A DNA stretch of 64,000 nucleotides from Desulfobaccales bacterium (GCA_052139855.1 JBKQVS010000045.1:657-64656), one strand, 5' to 3'. Positions 8,192-17,436 are shown, counted from the stretch's first letter. The notes: generated by a model from the sequence alone, not told the origin. A program made the numbers and translations.

Positions 8192-8674
8192 CTAAGGCCC
8201 GGTCTCGCCGATTTTCTGGATGACCCATTTGCCGCCTTCCTGCCTCCAGGTGACATAGGTGTTGCCGGAATCGCTCTGGGGGCAGACAAAGGTATTGGGG
8301 CCTTTCTGCTTCCACATTTCGCCTTGGCGGAAATTGATCCGGAAGGTGTAGCCGTTGGGTTCATTAAAGAAAAAACCGTACCAGCCCTTCTGGGCGGCAA
8401 AATCTTTGGCCATCACCTCGTATTTGACCATCCGGTTGGTGACAACCTTCCCGGTGCCAATCTCATAACCCAGGTATTGCCAGGGGGAGGTTGTCGAGAA
8501 GCTGGCGAGGATGGCCGATTTATCTTTTCGGACTACGGCGTCAATGAATGAGCGCATGGCCTGGTCAGGGCCCTGGTCAGCCGCGGCGGCGCTATAATTC
8601 CAGGCGCAAACGGACAGGGTTAGGATCAGCGCCGATAGTATTCCCCATTGAACCATCCGGTTTTTTCCGAGCAT
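8192..8674 (-). CDS. Secreted hypothetical protein
   Basis: Track ORF 8192..8905 overlaps the upstream gene. The internal ATG at 8674 gives 160 aa with an N-terminal signal-like segment (WGILSALILTLSVCAW). Confidence 0.55.
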   Translation of the reverse strand: MLGKNRMVQWGILSALILTLSVCAWNYSAAAADQGPDQAMRSFIDAVVRKDKSAILASFSTTSPWQYLGYEIGTGKVVTNRMVKYEVMAKDFAAQKGWYGFFFNEPNGYTFRINFRQGEMWKQKGPNTFVCPQSDSGNTYVTWRQEGGKWVIQKIGETGP

Positions 8675-8720
8675 GTCTCGTACCTCCGTGATTTTGGTGA
8701 GTGGTTGGCGATTGGCAAAA

Positions 8721-10469
8721 TTAGTCTTTGGGCGGTTCCTCCGAATCCTTGAGGTCCAGGGCGCCGGATTTTTTGAGGGCGGCGAGGCCGCCCTGGAGGT
8801 TGACGGCGTTACAGAGGCCGGCGGTTTCGAGTTGGCGCAGGGCCTCGTAGGAGCGGACGCCGGAGTTGCAGACCACCAGAAGGCGCTTATCCGGGGGGAT
8901 TTCATTGAGGCGGTGGTTCAGGGTCTCCTGGGGGATATTGAGCCAGCGCGGCCCAAAGAGGTCGACGTAGGGGGCGGCGTTGGCCGCGCCCCGGACGTCC
9001 AGGCAGATGGCGTCGCCGGCCTTATCGGTCAAGAAGCACTGTTCGAAGTCGGCGACCTCGATGGTGCGGTTGTAGCCGTCCAGGATGTTTTCCAGGGTGT
9101 TGGCCACGGCGTTGACGATATCGAGGGCGGCGGCAAAGGGCGGGGCGTAGGCCACTTCCAGGTTGGACAGGTCTTGTAAGCTGGCCTTGAAGGGGAGCAG
9201 GGCGGCGATGCTGTTGATGCGGCCCACCAGGGCGTCGCCGTTGTGGCTGAGGCCCTGGGCCCCGAGAAGGCGCCGGGTGGCTTTATCCGCCACCAGGTGG
9301 AGATACATGAGGTCCTGGGTGGGGTAGAAGTGGGCCCGGTCGGCCTGGATCACCAGGGCGCCGGCGGCATCAAAGCCGGCGGCCGCGGCCTGGGCCAGGC
9401 TTAAGCCGGCGCCGGCGATGGCCAGGTCAAAGGTCTTCAGGGTGAAGGAGCCGACGATGCCGTTGAAGGTGGCGGCGCCTCCGGCCAGGTTGGTGCCGAT
9501 GACCCGGCCCTGGCGGTTGGCCAAGGAGCCGGAGGGAAAATAAACGGGTTGGCCGGTGATGAGGTGCAGGTTGTCGATGCAGTCGCCACCGGCGTAAATG
9601 CGGGGGTCGGAGGTCTGGAAGCGCGGGTTGACCGTGATGCCGCCGGTGGGAGAGACCAGCAGGCCGGCCTGGCGGGCCAACTCAGTATTGGGGACGGCGC
9701 CCACCGCGGTAATGACCAGGTCGGCGGGTAAGATTTCTTGTCCGGTGACTACTTCCAGGGCATGATCGTCTCCGGCGTGAGGCCGGATTTCCCGGACGGT
9801 TGCCGACAGGTGGAGGGTGACGCCCTGGTCCCGGAGATGTTTGGCGACCATGCGGGCCAGACCGAGCTCCAGGACGCCGGGAAGGACCTGGGGGGTGACT
9901 TCCACTAAGGCGGTCTCCAGGCCCCAGAGGTCGCTGACGGCCTCGGCCATTTCGACGCCGATGGCGCCGGCGCCGATGATGACGACGCGGCCCACCTCAC
10001 CTTTGGCGATGGCTTCCCGGACGGCCATGGCGGCGGGGAGATTCGAGACGTTCAGGACGCCGGGGAGGCCGGCCCCGGGGACGGGCAGGGGGCGGGGACG
10101 GCTGCCGGTGGCCAGGACCAGGTGGTCATAAGGGAGATTTTCCTCCCGGCCGGTGACCAGATCAAGGACCCGCACCTGTTGGTGGGGGCGATCAATGGCC
10201 AGGGCCCGGGTGCGGATTTTGACCCGGACGTCCTTGGCGTTTTCAAAAAATTCGGGAGTGCGGAGCATGTGGAAGCTGGTGCTCATCAACTCCTTGATAT
10301 CGCTGAGATCGCCGGAGATATAGTAGGGGATGCCGCAGCCGCCGTAGGAGATGTATTCGCCCTGATCCACCATGGTGACCTCAAAGTCGGGGCGGAGACG
10401 TTTGAGGCGGCAGGCCACCTTGGGACCCAGGGCTACGGCCCCGATGATGATGACGCGTTTCGGTTTCAT
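8721..10469 (-). CDS. FAD-dependent pyridine nucleotide-disulfide oxidoreductase (CoA-disulfide reductase/NADH oxidase-like) fused to a C-terminal rhodanese domain
   Basis: 582 aa with GxGxxG at the N-terminus (IIIGAVALG), a redox Cys context (YGGCGIPYY), a second dinucleotide fold (VVIIGAGAIGVE) and a rhodanese active-site loop (VVCNSGVRS). Confidence 0.8.
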   Translation of the reverse strand: MKPKRVIIIGAVALGPKVACRLKRLRPDFEVTMVDQGEYISYGGCGIPYYISGDLSDIKELMSTSFHMLRTPEFFENAKDVRVKIRTRALAIDRPHQQVRVLDLVTGREENLPYDHLVLATGSRPRPLPVPGAGLPGVLNVSNLPAAMAVREAIAKGEVGRVVIIGAGAIGVEMAEAVSDLWGLETALVEVTPQVLPGVLELGLARMVAKHLRDQGVTLHLSATVREIRPHAGDDHALEVVTGQEILPADLVITAVGAVPNTELARQAGLLVSPTGGITVNPRFQTSDPRIYAGGDCIDNLHLITGQPVYFPSGSLANRQGRVIGTNLAGGAATFNGIVGSFTLKTFDLAIAGAGLSLAQAAAAGFDAAGALVIQADRAHFYPTQDLMYLHLVADKATRRLLGAQGLSHNGDALVGRINSIAALLPFKASLQDLSNLEVAYAPPFAAALDIVNAVANTLENILDGYNRTIEVADFEQCFLTDKAGDAICLDVRGAANAAPYVDLFGPRWLNIPQETLNHRLNEIPPDKRLLVVCNSGVRSYEALRQLETAGLCNAVNLQGGLAALKKSGALDLKDSEEPPKD

Positions 10470-10538
10470 GCGTTTCCTCTGGAGAGCTGAGTTTGGGGCG
10501 TAAGTGGGGCGCAGGGCGCACCCGAGAAAATATTGTCA

Positions 10539-10570
10539 CGCCAAGGCGCAAAGGCGCCAAGGTGCAAAGA
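10539..10570. repeat. Tandem octamers (CGCCAAGG CGCAAAGG CGCCAAGG TGCAAAGA)
   Basis: Four consecutive 8-mers read directly, in the spacer between the CDF gene stop and the oxidoreductase start. Confidence 0.7.
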
Positions 10571-10584
10571 AGTCATAAATCAGA

Positions 10585-11610
10585 TTATTTCTCCGGGGCA
10601 TCGGGCTGGTCCGGGGTTTTATGGGGGCCGTCGCAGGTCAGGGTGTCGGTGCGCCAGAGGCGCTGCATGATCGTGCCGGCGAGGCGATGCTCACAGGGCT
10701 CGTGGCCGCAGATGGGGCACTCCGGGTCCATGCAGGGGTCGGCATGGATGAGGATGTCCGCCTGGCCCTCATAGTGATCGTTGAGGATTTTTTCCAGTTG
10801 TTTGACCTCGGCGTGGCTGGCTTCCAGCAAGAGATCCCGGGGCAGAATGAGGTGGAAGTCGATGAAGACGCGGGTGCCGGCCCGGCGGGCCCGGAGCTGA
10901 TGGATGTCAATCCACATGGGGCGGCGGTTATCGGAGATAACCCGACAGATTTCTTCCAGGAGTTGGGGGTCGGAGGTGTCCATGAGGCCGGAGGCGGCCT
11001 GCCATACCAGCCGACCCCCGGTGACCAGGATATTGAGGCCCACCAGGATGGCGACGGCGCCGTCCAGCCAGTTCCAGCCGGTGAAATAAACGCCCACCAG
11101 GCCCAGGACGACCCCAACGGTGGTGATGACGTCGGTGAGGACGTGTTTGCCGTCGGCGATGAGGACGATGGATTTGGTGCGCCGGCCGACGATGACCAGG
11201 ATGGCGCCCAGGATGAGGTTCACCACAGCGGCGGCCAGGATAAGGAGCATGCCCTTTTCCAGTGCGGGGATGGCCTGGGGGTGGAAGAGACGGGGCCAGG
11301 CCTCGTAGAAGATCCCCAGGGCCGCCAGGACGATAAGGGCGCCTTCAAAACCGGCGGAGAAATACTCGACCTTGCCGTGGCCGTAAGGGTGGGTGGGATC
11401 GGGGCGCTTGGCGGCGATGATGATGCTGCCCAGGGCGAAGCCGGCCGCCACCACGTTGATGATGGATTCCAGGGCATCGGAGAGGATGGCGGCGGAATCG
11501 GTGAGATAGAAGGCGATAAATTTTACGGCCATCAAGCCCGCGCCGATGAGCAGGGAGGCGGAGATGGCCAGGAGGTGATTTTTGAGGTTAGGGTTTTTTG
11601 GGGAGTGCAT
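10585..11610 (-). CDS. Cation diffusion facilitator (CDF) family transporter with a Cys/His-rich C-terminal tail
   Basis: 341 aa with six hydrophobic helices, the HGHGKVEY and DxxxD-type CDF motifs, and the tail CMDPECPICGHEPCEH. Confidence 0.85.
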   Translation of the reverse strand: MHSPKNPNLKNHLLAISASLLIGAGLMAVKFIAFYLTDSAAILSDALESIINVVAAGFALGSIIIAAKRPDPTHPYGHGKVEYFSAGFEGALIVLAALGIFYEAWPRLFHPQAIPALEKGMLLILAAAVVNLILGAILVIVGRRTKSIVLIADGKHVLTDVITTVGVVLGLVGVYFTGWNWLDGAVAILVGLNILVTGGRLVWQAASGLMDTSDPQLLEEICRVISDNRRPMWIDIHQLRARRAGTRVFIDFHLILPRDLLLEASHAEVKQLEKILNDHYEGQADILIHADPCMDPECPICGHEPCEHRLAGTIMQRLWRTDTLTCDGPHKTPDQPDAPEK

Positions 11611-11803
11611 GGATTGGCAATAGACCTGATTTTATAAGTCCGACTATTTCATGAATATACTTTTCCTTCATGGCAATCAAGGCCAATATGCTTATTCTCC
11701 GAGGAAAAGAATGGGTATGTTGACTCTCGGCCATCTGGTGGATAAAGTTAAATATATTGCCTGGATGATAAATTGATCGGATCAATGCGACGGGGTGGGG
11801 CTG

Positions 11804-11998
11804 ATGAAAATATCGATAGAGTTGTCCCAGGAGCAGGCCAGAATTTTTCAAAGCACGGCGGAACGGCTGGGTTTAAACCCTGAAGAATTGGCCCGGGCTG
11901 GCCTGGCGGATATGTTGGGAGTCCTGCAGGATGATTTCCAGAAAGCCGCAACCTATGTCCTGAATAAAAACCAGGAACTCTATCGGCGGCTTAGTTGA
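11804..11998 (+). CDS. Putative antitoxin of the Doc toxin
   Basis: 64 aa from the ATG at 11804 (the track ORF starts at GTG 11795). Its stop overlaps the start of the Fic/Doc gene. Confidence 0.55.
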   Translation: MKISIELSQEQARIFQSTAERLGLNPEELARAGLADMLGVLQDDFQKAATYVLNKNQELYRRLS

Positions 11999-12387
11999 TG
12001 CGATACTTGACCCTTGGAGAGGTCATAGAGTTGCACCGCCGAATTATCCAGCAGACGGGCGGTGCATCCGGAGTGCGCAACCTTGCCGCGTTGGAGTCGG
12101 CCGTGGCGCAGCCTCGCATGACCTTTGAGGGACAAGACCTTTATCCGACTATCGAGGATAAAGCCGCGGCGCTGGCATTCTTTATTGTCCAGAACCATCC
12201 GTATCTAGATGGAAACAAGCGTTGCGGTCATGCCGCGATGGAAACTTTTTTGGTGCTGAATGGCAAGGAAATAGATGCCCTGGTGGACGAAGTCGAGGAG
12301 ATTATTCTGGAAATAGCCTCGGGAAAATTCTCTCTGAAGAATTTTGGAAACTGGTTAGCAGGACATGTCCGCAGTTTAATATCTTGA
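11998..12387 (+). CDS. doc: Fic/Doc family toxin (death-on-curing)
   Basis: Contains the Fic motif HPYLDGNKRCG. About 129 aa, typical of Doc toxins, with an ATGA-type overlap with the upstream small ORF. Confidence 0.85.
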   Translation: MRYLTLGEVIELHRRIIQQTGGASGVRNLAALESAVAQPRMTFEGQDLYPTIEDKAAALAFFIVQNHPYLDGNKRCGHAAMETFLVLNGKEIDALVDEVEEIILEIASGKFSLKNFGNWLAGHVRSLIS

Positions 12388-12426
12388 GGCTGGCAGAATG
12401 TTACGGTGACGCCTCAAGGTAAGCAG

Positions 12427-12750
12427 CTATTTGTGGAAATGGATGAAGATATTCTCCCGTTCAAAGGTTCCCTTCAAGAAGATTTCCTGGTGGTCCTGGG
12501 AAGAGAAGGTCTGCAGGTCGAAGTCCTCGTCAGGAAACCAATCCGTCTGAAAGACTAAACCGGAATCGTCTTGCCGGATGGTGACGTGGCCTTCATCGGC
12601 GACCTCAAGGGGCCAGGCGAGATAGAGGCTGAAGCTCAAGGAGGTGGGGGTGCGGCTGATACTGGCCTTCTTGGCCTCCCAGATTTCATACTTGGGGTCG
12701 CCGAACCCGGAGAGCCAATAGAGGGTGATGTAGTTGAGGCCGTCAAACAT
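12427..12750 (-). CDS. Hypothetical protein
   Basis: 107-aa ORF 34 nt downstream of sdhB on the same strand. No motif recognised, and GC is lower than in its neighbours. Confidence 0.35.
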   Translation of the reverse strand: MFDGLNYITLYWLSGFGDPKYEIWEAKKASISRTPTSLSFSLYLAWPLEVADEGHVTIRQDDSGLVFQTDWFPDEDFDLQTFSSQDHQEIFLKGTFERENIFIHFHK

Positions 12751-12783
12751 GTGGGGCTAAGAGGAGGCGCGCCTTGTCGGCCA

Positions 12784-13536
12784 TTACTTACAAAAACACT
12801 TACTGCCGCTACACTTGAGGGCCATTTGAGCCATTTTGCGGCGGACGAAGGCCAGCTGGCCCTGGAGGGGAATCTCCATGGGGCAGAGGTCGTCGCAGGC
12901 CATGAGGCCGATGCAGCCGAAGACGCCCTCGTCAGTGCCCACCACGTCAAAATATTTGGCGGTGGGGCGCTCATCCCGGGGGTCGATCATGAAGCGGGCG
13001 ATGCGGTTCAGAAAGGCGGCGCCCATGAAGTCGGCCCGCATATTGGCGGTGGCGCAGGCGCCGATACAGCAGCCGCACTCGATGCAGCGCTCGGCATCGT
13101 AAATGGCCTGGGCGGTGGGGTTGTCCATGCGCGCTTCGATGGACTTGGGGTTGAAGACCTTGTCGGTGTGAATCCAGGCCTCGGTGCGCACGTTGAGATG
13201 GCGGAACCAGACGCCGGTGTCCACGGAGAGGTCGCCCACCAGTTTAAAGACCGGCAGGGGCATGACCGTGATCTTATCCGGCATATCCTGGGTCAGGGTT
13301 TTGCAGGCCAACCCCGGCCGGCCGTTGATGAGCATGGCGCAGGAGCCGCAGATGGCCGCCCGGCAGACGAAGTCGAACATCAGGGAGGGATCCAGTTCCT
13401 CCCGGAGGCGATTCAGGGCGATGAAGAGGCTCATGCCCATGGTTTCCTCCAACTGATACTCCTGCATCCGGGGAGGAATCTCGGGGGTGGCGGGATTGTA
13501 GCGAAAGACGGAAAAGGTGAGAAGCCGTTCAGCCAT
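12784..13536 (-). CDS. sdhB: Succinate dehydrogenase/fumarate reductase iron-sulfur subunit
   Basis: 250 aa with 2Fe-2S (CRAAICGSC), 4Fe-4S (CIECGCCIGAC) and 3Fe-4S (CIGLMACDDLCP) cysteine clusters. Confidence 0.9.
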   Translation of the reverse strand: MAERLLTFSVFRYNPATPEIPPRMQEYQLEETMGMSLFIALNRLREELDPSLMFDFVCRAAICGSCAMLINGRPGLACKTLTQDMPDKITVMPLPVFKLVGDLSVDTGVWFRHLNVRTEAWIHTDKVFNPKSIEARMDNPTAQAIYDAERCIECGCCIGACATANMRADFMGAAFLNRIARFMIDPRDERPTAKYFDVVGTDEGVFGCIGLMACDDLCPMEIPLQGQLAFVRRKMAQMALKCSGSKCFCK

Positions 13537-13619
13537 TTTAGAAATCCTTTGGTGTTATGGAAATTGGGTGAGGGGGCTAAGGGCTGTTTCGTAAGTGCCC
13601 TTACCTCCTCCCCCAAAAA

Positions 13620-15437
13620 CTAATCGCCTTTTTCGATGGGCATTTCACCGTAGCCCCGGGAGCCCGGCGGCAGTTCGGTGATGTTCACGGGCTCGTACTG
13701 GAGTTCGGGCATGGCGGCGCCGGGTTTCCAGAAGGCCAGGGTGCGTTTCAGCCAGTTGTCGTCGTCCCGGCGGGGGAAGTCCTCGCGGTAGTGGCTGCCC
13801 CGGGATTCGGTGCGCTGCAGGGCGCCGTAGGAGATGCACAGGGCCAGGCGGAGCATGCCGGGGAGGCGGAGGGCGGCCAGCAGCTCGGGATTGGGCCCCA
13901 GGCCGCTGGAACGCAGCCGGACGTTTTGGGCCCGCTGGTAGAGGTCCTGTAAGGTGGTAACGGCTTCCTGGAGGGCGTCACTATTTCGGAAGATGCCCAC
14001 GTTTTGGGTGAGGGTTTCTTCCATGCGGCGGCGCAGAACGTAGGCGTCTTCGGAGCCGTTCTTGCGGCTGCGGAGGTCGGCCAGGCGGCTCGCCTGGGCG
14101 CCCATGGCGTCTTCCACCAGGGAGAAGGGGAAGGTCAGGGACTGTTCCTTAACAAATTCAGTGACCCGCTCCCCCACCACCATGCCGGCGACGATGGTTT
14201 CGGCCAGGGAGTTGCCGCCCAGGCGGTTGAAGCCGTGCAGGTCCCAGCAGGCGGCTTCGCCGGCGGCAAAGAGGGCTTTTAAGCCATAGACCTCGCCGTT
14301 CTTGTTGGTGCGGACGCCGCCCATGGAGTAGTGCTGGGTGGGCCGGACCGGGATGAGGGCTTCGACGCAGTCGAGGCCCAGGAAATTCTGGCAGATGGTG
14401 TGGACTTCCCGGAGGTTGGTGCAGATGTGCTCCGGGCCCAGATGGCGGATGTCGAGCCAGAGGTGGGGGCCGTAGGGGCTGTCCACCCCGAAGCCCTGGC
14501 GGATGTGGTGCAGCATCCAGCGGCTGACCACGTCCCGGGAGGCGATTTCCTTTTTCACCGGCTCATAATCGGGCATAAAGCGGTGGAGATTCTTATCGAG
14601 GAGGATGCCGCCGTCGCCTCGGCAGCCTTCGGTGACCAAGATGGCGGCAGGGACGATGCCGGTGGGGTGGAACTGCACCGCCTCCATGTTGCCCAGGGGC
14701 ACGAGGCCGGTATCCTGGGCGATGGCCATGCCGGTGCCCTCATTGATGACGGCGTTGGTGGAGACGCCGTAGATGCGGCCGTAGCCACCGGTGGCGATGA
14801 CCGTGGCCTTGGCCAGGTAGGGGCGAAGCTCGCCGGTGCGCAGGTCCATGACCACGGCGCCGCAGCAGGTGTCGCCGTTGTGGATGAGGCTGATGGCTTC
14901 GCAGCGATCGTGGACGGTGACCCCCAGCTTGATGACCACGGAATCCATGGCGTACTGGAGGACGTGGCCGGTGCCGTCGGCGGCGAAGCAGGTGCGCCAC
15001 TTGGCGGTGCCGCCGAACTGGCGCTGGGCGATGAGACCGGCCTTGTCCTGGAGATCTTCGATCTCGACGCCATCGGGCAGGGTGCGCTTGCCGGGGACCA
15101 CCCGGGACCAGGGCACGCCCCAATGGGACAACTGGCGCACGGCCACCGGGGCCAGTTCGCAGAAGAGCCGGGCCACTTCCTGGTCGCAGCCCCAGTCGGA
15201 GCCCTTGACCGTATCTTCAAAGTGGATATTGGGGTTGTCGCCGTAGCCCATGGCGACGTTTCCCAGGGATGCCTGCATGCCCCCCTGGGCGGCGGTGCTG
15301 TGGGAGCGGCGGGGCGGCACCAGGCTCAGGATGGTGACCTGGTGGCCCTGCATGGCGGCTTCGATGGCCACGCGTTCGCCGGCCAGGCCGGCCCCGATGA
15401 CCAGGACGTCAGAGATATGTGCGTCGGACCAGTTCAT
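13620..15437 (-). CDS. sdhA: Succinate dehydrogenase/fumarate reductase flavoprotein subunit
   Basis: 605 aa with an FAD fold (VLVIGAGLAGERVA), a covalent-FAD His context (RSHSTAAQGG) and the active-site HPTG and RGSHYRED motifs. Confidence 0.95.
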   Translation of the reverse strand: MNWSDAHISDVLVIGAGLAGERVAIEAAMQGHQVTILSLVPPRRSHSTAAQGGMQASLGNVAMGYGDNPNIHFEDTVKGSDWGCDQEVARLFCELAPVAVRQLSHWGVPWSRVVPGKRTLPDGVEIEDLQDKAGLIAQRQFGGTAKWRTCFAADGTGHVLQYAMDSVVIKLGVTVHDRCEAISLIHNGDTCCGAVVMDLRTGELRPYLAKATVIATGGYGRIYGVSTNAVINEGTGMAIAQDTGLVPLGNMEAVQFHPTGIVPAAILVTEGCRGDGGILLDKNLHRFMPDYEPVKKEIASRDVVSRWMLHHIRQGFGVDSPYGPHLWLDIRHLGPEHICTNLREVHTICQNFLGLDCVEALIPVRPTQHYSMGGVRTNKNGEVYGLKALFAAGEAACWDLHGFNRLGGNSLAETIVAGMVVGERVTEFVKEQSLTFPFSLVEDAMGAQASRLADLRSRKNGSEDAYVLRRRMEETLTQNVGIFRNSDALQEAVTTLQDLYQRAQNVRLRSSGLGPNPELLAALRLPGMLRLALCISYGALQRTESRGSHYREDFPRRDDDNWLKRTLAFWKPGAAMPELQYEPVNITELPPGSRGYGEMPIEKGD

Positions 15438-16081
15438 GACAGACCTTTAGGAACGTTGCGGAAATAGAAGACCAGGAGGGTCAGGAACCCCAACCCGACG
15501 AAGCCGATGGTGGCATAGACCAGATAGGAGGTGAATTTTTTCCGGTGAATCCAGCTCCACTTCACCAGGATACGGTAGAGGCCCACCATGGCGTGGATTT
15601 CGGCGGCCAGGATCAGGAGCACGAAGTTGGAGAAGTAGCCTCCCTGAATCCGGGCGGCGCTGGTGGCGGCGGCGATGGGCCAGGTGACCAGCACGCTCCA
15701 GATATGGGTGGCGGCCAGGACCAGGACGATGAGGCCGGTGAGGATCTGGACGCCCCAGGCCCAGGTGTCCAGGTGGGCCAGGCGGCGGGAATGCTGCACG
15801 AAGACCCGCATTTCCTGGAACTTCCAGGGGGCCTTGCGCATGGCCACGAGGCCGTGGACGAGGATGGCCAGGAGGATGAGGGGGATGCCGATGTAGGAGA
15901 GATAGTACTCATCCATGCGGGCGGAATCCCGGTTGAAGGCGTCCACGCCGAGAATAATGCTGGAGACCGCGAACATGTGGAACTGGAGAAAACCGAAGAG
16001 CATCAGGCCGGTGGCCAGCTCCAGGAGTTCCATGCGGGCTTCCAGCCGGGGACTTTTGGCCAGAAGTTTTTGTAAGATCAC
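15434..16081 (-). CDS. sdhC: Succinate dehydrogenase/fumarate reductase cytochrome b subunit (five-helix type)
   Basis: 215 aa, multi-helix with conserved His residues, first gene of a C-A-B operon with a 4-nt overlap into sdhA. GTG start with AGGTGA upstream. Confidence 0.7.
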   Translation of the reverse strand: MILQKLLAKSPRLEARMELLELATGLMLFGFLQFHMFAVSSIILGVDAFNRDSARMDEYYLSYIGIPLILLAILVHGLVAMRKAPWKFQEMRVFVQHSRRLAHLDTWAWGVQILTGLIVLVLAATHIWSVLVTWPIAAATSAARIQGGYFSNFVLLILAAEIHAMVGLYRILVKWSWIHRKKFTSYLVYATIGFVGLGFLTLLVFYFRNVPKGLS

Positions 16082-16101
16082 CGGGTCACCTGTCTAGAAA
16101 A

Positions 16102-16130
16102 GTTCAAAGTTTAAGGTTCAAAGTTCAAAG
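16102..16130. repeat. Tandem GTTCAAAG-type repeats in the sdhC leader
   Basis: GTTCAAAG TTTAAG GTTCAAAG TTCAAAG read directly, 21-49 nt upstream of the sdhC start. Confidence 0.65.
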
Positions 16131-16325
16131 TCAGGAGTGTGCCCCTGAGGCATTTTAAGCAGTTACGGGTGGGCCAAAGCCCCATGAATGGCTGCTCGGA
16201 AAATGTGAAATTTTACGCAAACTCAGTTTTTATATATATTTCAAGAAGAAGTGGTTGTCAAAGATTTTATGGGGCGCCGCGTCGCCGTGGTCGCTCATGA
16301 AATTCTAGCAGACCGGGAGGGTTCT

Positions 16326-16350
16326 GAAAATCAGATGAATTCTGATATTC
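16326..16350. promoter_or_regulatory. Inverted repeat GAAAATCAGA-TGAAT-TCTGATATTC (operator candidate)
   Basis: 10-bp arms with one mismatch and a 5-nt spacer, about 245-270 nt upstream of sdhC. Confidence 0.3.
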
Positions 16351-16536
16351 ATGTAAAAAGTTTTCTGACAAGGGGGTTGGGGGAGATGAAGGGGGCGTAG
16401 GGGGTTGGGGTCAAAGAGATATTTTTACCCGGAGGGGTGGTTCCCGAACCGCCCCCACAAGGAATTTTAGGAGTGGGGGGGACCGGAAAGGGGCATGAGG
16501 TTTAGCCTGGGCCACCGGTTTGATGGCGATGCGGTA

Positions 16537-17364
16537 TCAGCCCGCGGGGTGGTAGAAGACGGAGGCCAGGATCACCGCGGCCAGGAGGACGCGGTAGACC
16601 GCGAAGGGGATGAAGGTGTGGCGCTGGAGAAAGCGCATGAAATACTTGATGGTGAGGTAGCTGGAGACCGCCGCGGCTAAAAAGCCGAGGGTGGCGGGCA
16701 ACAGGGGGAGGGTCCCGGCGGGCTCGTGGAGCCACTTGGGGATGTGGTGGAGGCCGGCGCCGGCAATGATGGGGGTGCACATCAAAAAGGAGAAGTGGGC
16801 CGCGGAGCGGCGGTTGAAGCCCAAAAAGAGGCCGGTGGTCATGGTGATGCCGCTACGGGAAACTCCGGGCATGATGGCGAAGGCCTGGGAGAGGCCAATG
16901 AGGACGGCGTCCTTTAGGGTGATCTGGTCCAGGGGGCGCTTATGCCGGGCCAGGATTTCCCCGAGGATGAGGAGCAACCCCACGGCGCCCAGGAGAATGG
17001 CGATACGGGCCGGTTCTCGGAAGATGGTTTCGGCTTTCTTTTCCAGCAGCACCCCGGCCAGGCCCCCGGGAATGGTGGCGACGATGAGAAAGAAGAGCAT
17101 CTTGCGCTCCGGGCGGTTGTACCGGGAGGGGGAGATGAAGGCGTGGGCCATGTCCAGCCAGTCCTGGTAGAAGTAGGCCACCAGGGCGACCAGGGAGCCG
17201 ACATGGAGGAGGATGTCAAAACCCAGGCCAGCATAGGACACATGAAGATAGTGCTCCAGAAGGGCCAGGTGAGCGGAGCTGGAGATGGGCAGGAACTCGG
17301 TAATACCCTGGACCACACCGAGAAAGAGAGCGATGAGCGGCTGCATAGTTGCCGAATGTATCAC
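16537..17364 (-). CDS. uppP: Undecaprenyl-diphosphate phosphatase
   Basis: 275 aa with the signature GVVQGITEFLPISSSAHL and a multi-helix BacA/UppP pattern. Confidence 0.92.
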   Translation of the reverse strand: MIHSATMQPLIALFLGVVQGITEFLPISSSAHLALLEHYLHVSYAGLGFDILLHVGSLVALVAYFYQDWLDMAHAFISPSRYNRPERKMLFFLIVATIPGGLAGVLLEKKAETIFREPARIAILLGAVGLLLILGEILARHKRPLDQITLKDAVLIGLSQAFAIMPGVSRSGITMTTGLFLGFNRRSAAHFSFLMCTPIIAGAGLHHIPKWLHEPAGTLPLLPATLGFLAAAVSSYLTIKYFMRFLQRHTFIPFAVYRVLLAAVILASVFYHPAG

Positions 17365-17394
17365 GGGAACATTGAGCCGGCAATGAGAAAATGT

Positions 17395-17436
17395 TCAGGG
17401 GTCAGGGATCAGGGGCTAGGGGTTAGGGGGGAGGGG
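17395..17436 (+). repeat. Six tandem heptamers YYAGGGG (G-quadruplex-capable tract)
   Basis: TCAGGGG TCAGGGA TCAGGGG CTAGGGG TTAGGGG GGAGGGG read directly, in the cdaR-uppP spacer. Confidence 0.7.

Noticed and set aside
10621-11637. Long antisense ORFs opposite well-supported genes. Examples are 10621..11637 +, 14331..15467 +, 21055..22449 +, 26311..27477 -, 41094..43496 -, 43506..45299 -, 51677..53740 -, 53565..55097 - and 62234..63892 +.
   Set aside because: High-GC DNA keeps stop-free shadow frames open. Their translations are low-complexity (G/A/R/P/H-rich) with no recognisable motifs, whereas the opposite strand carries clear family signatures.
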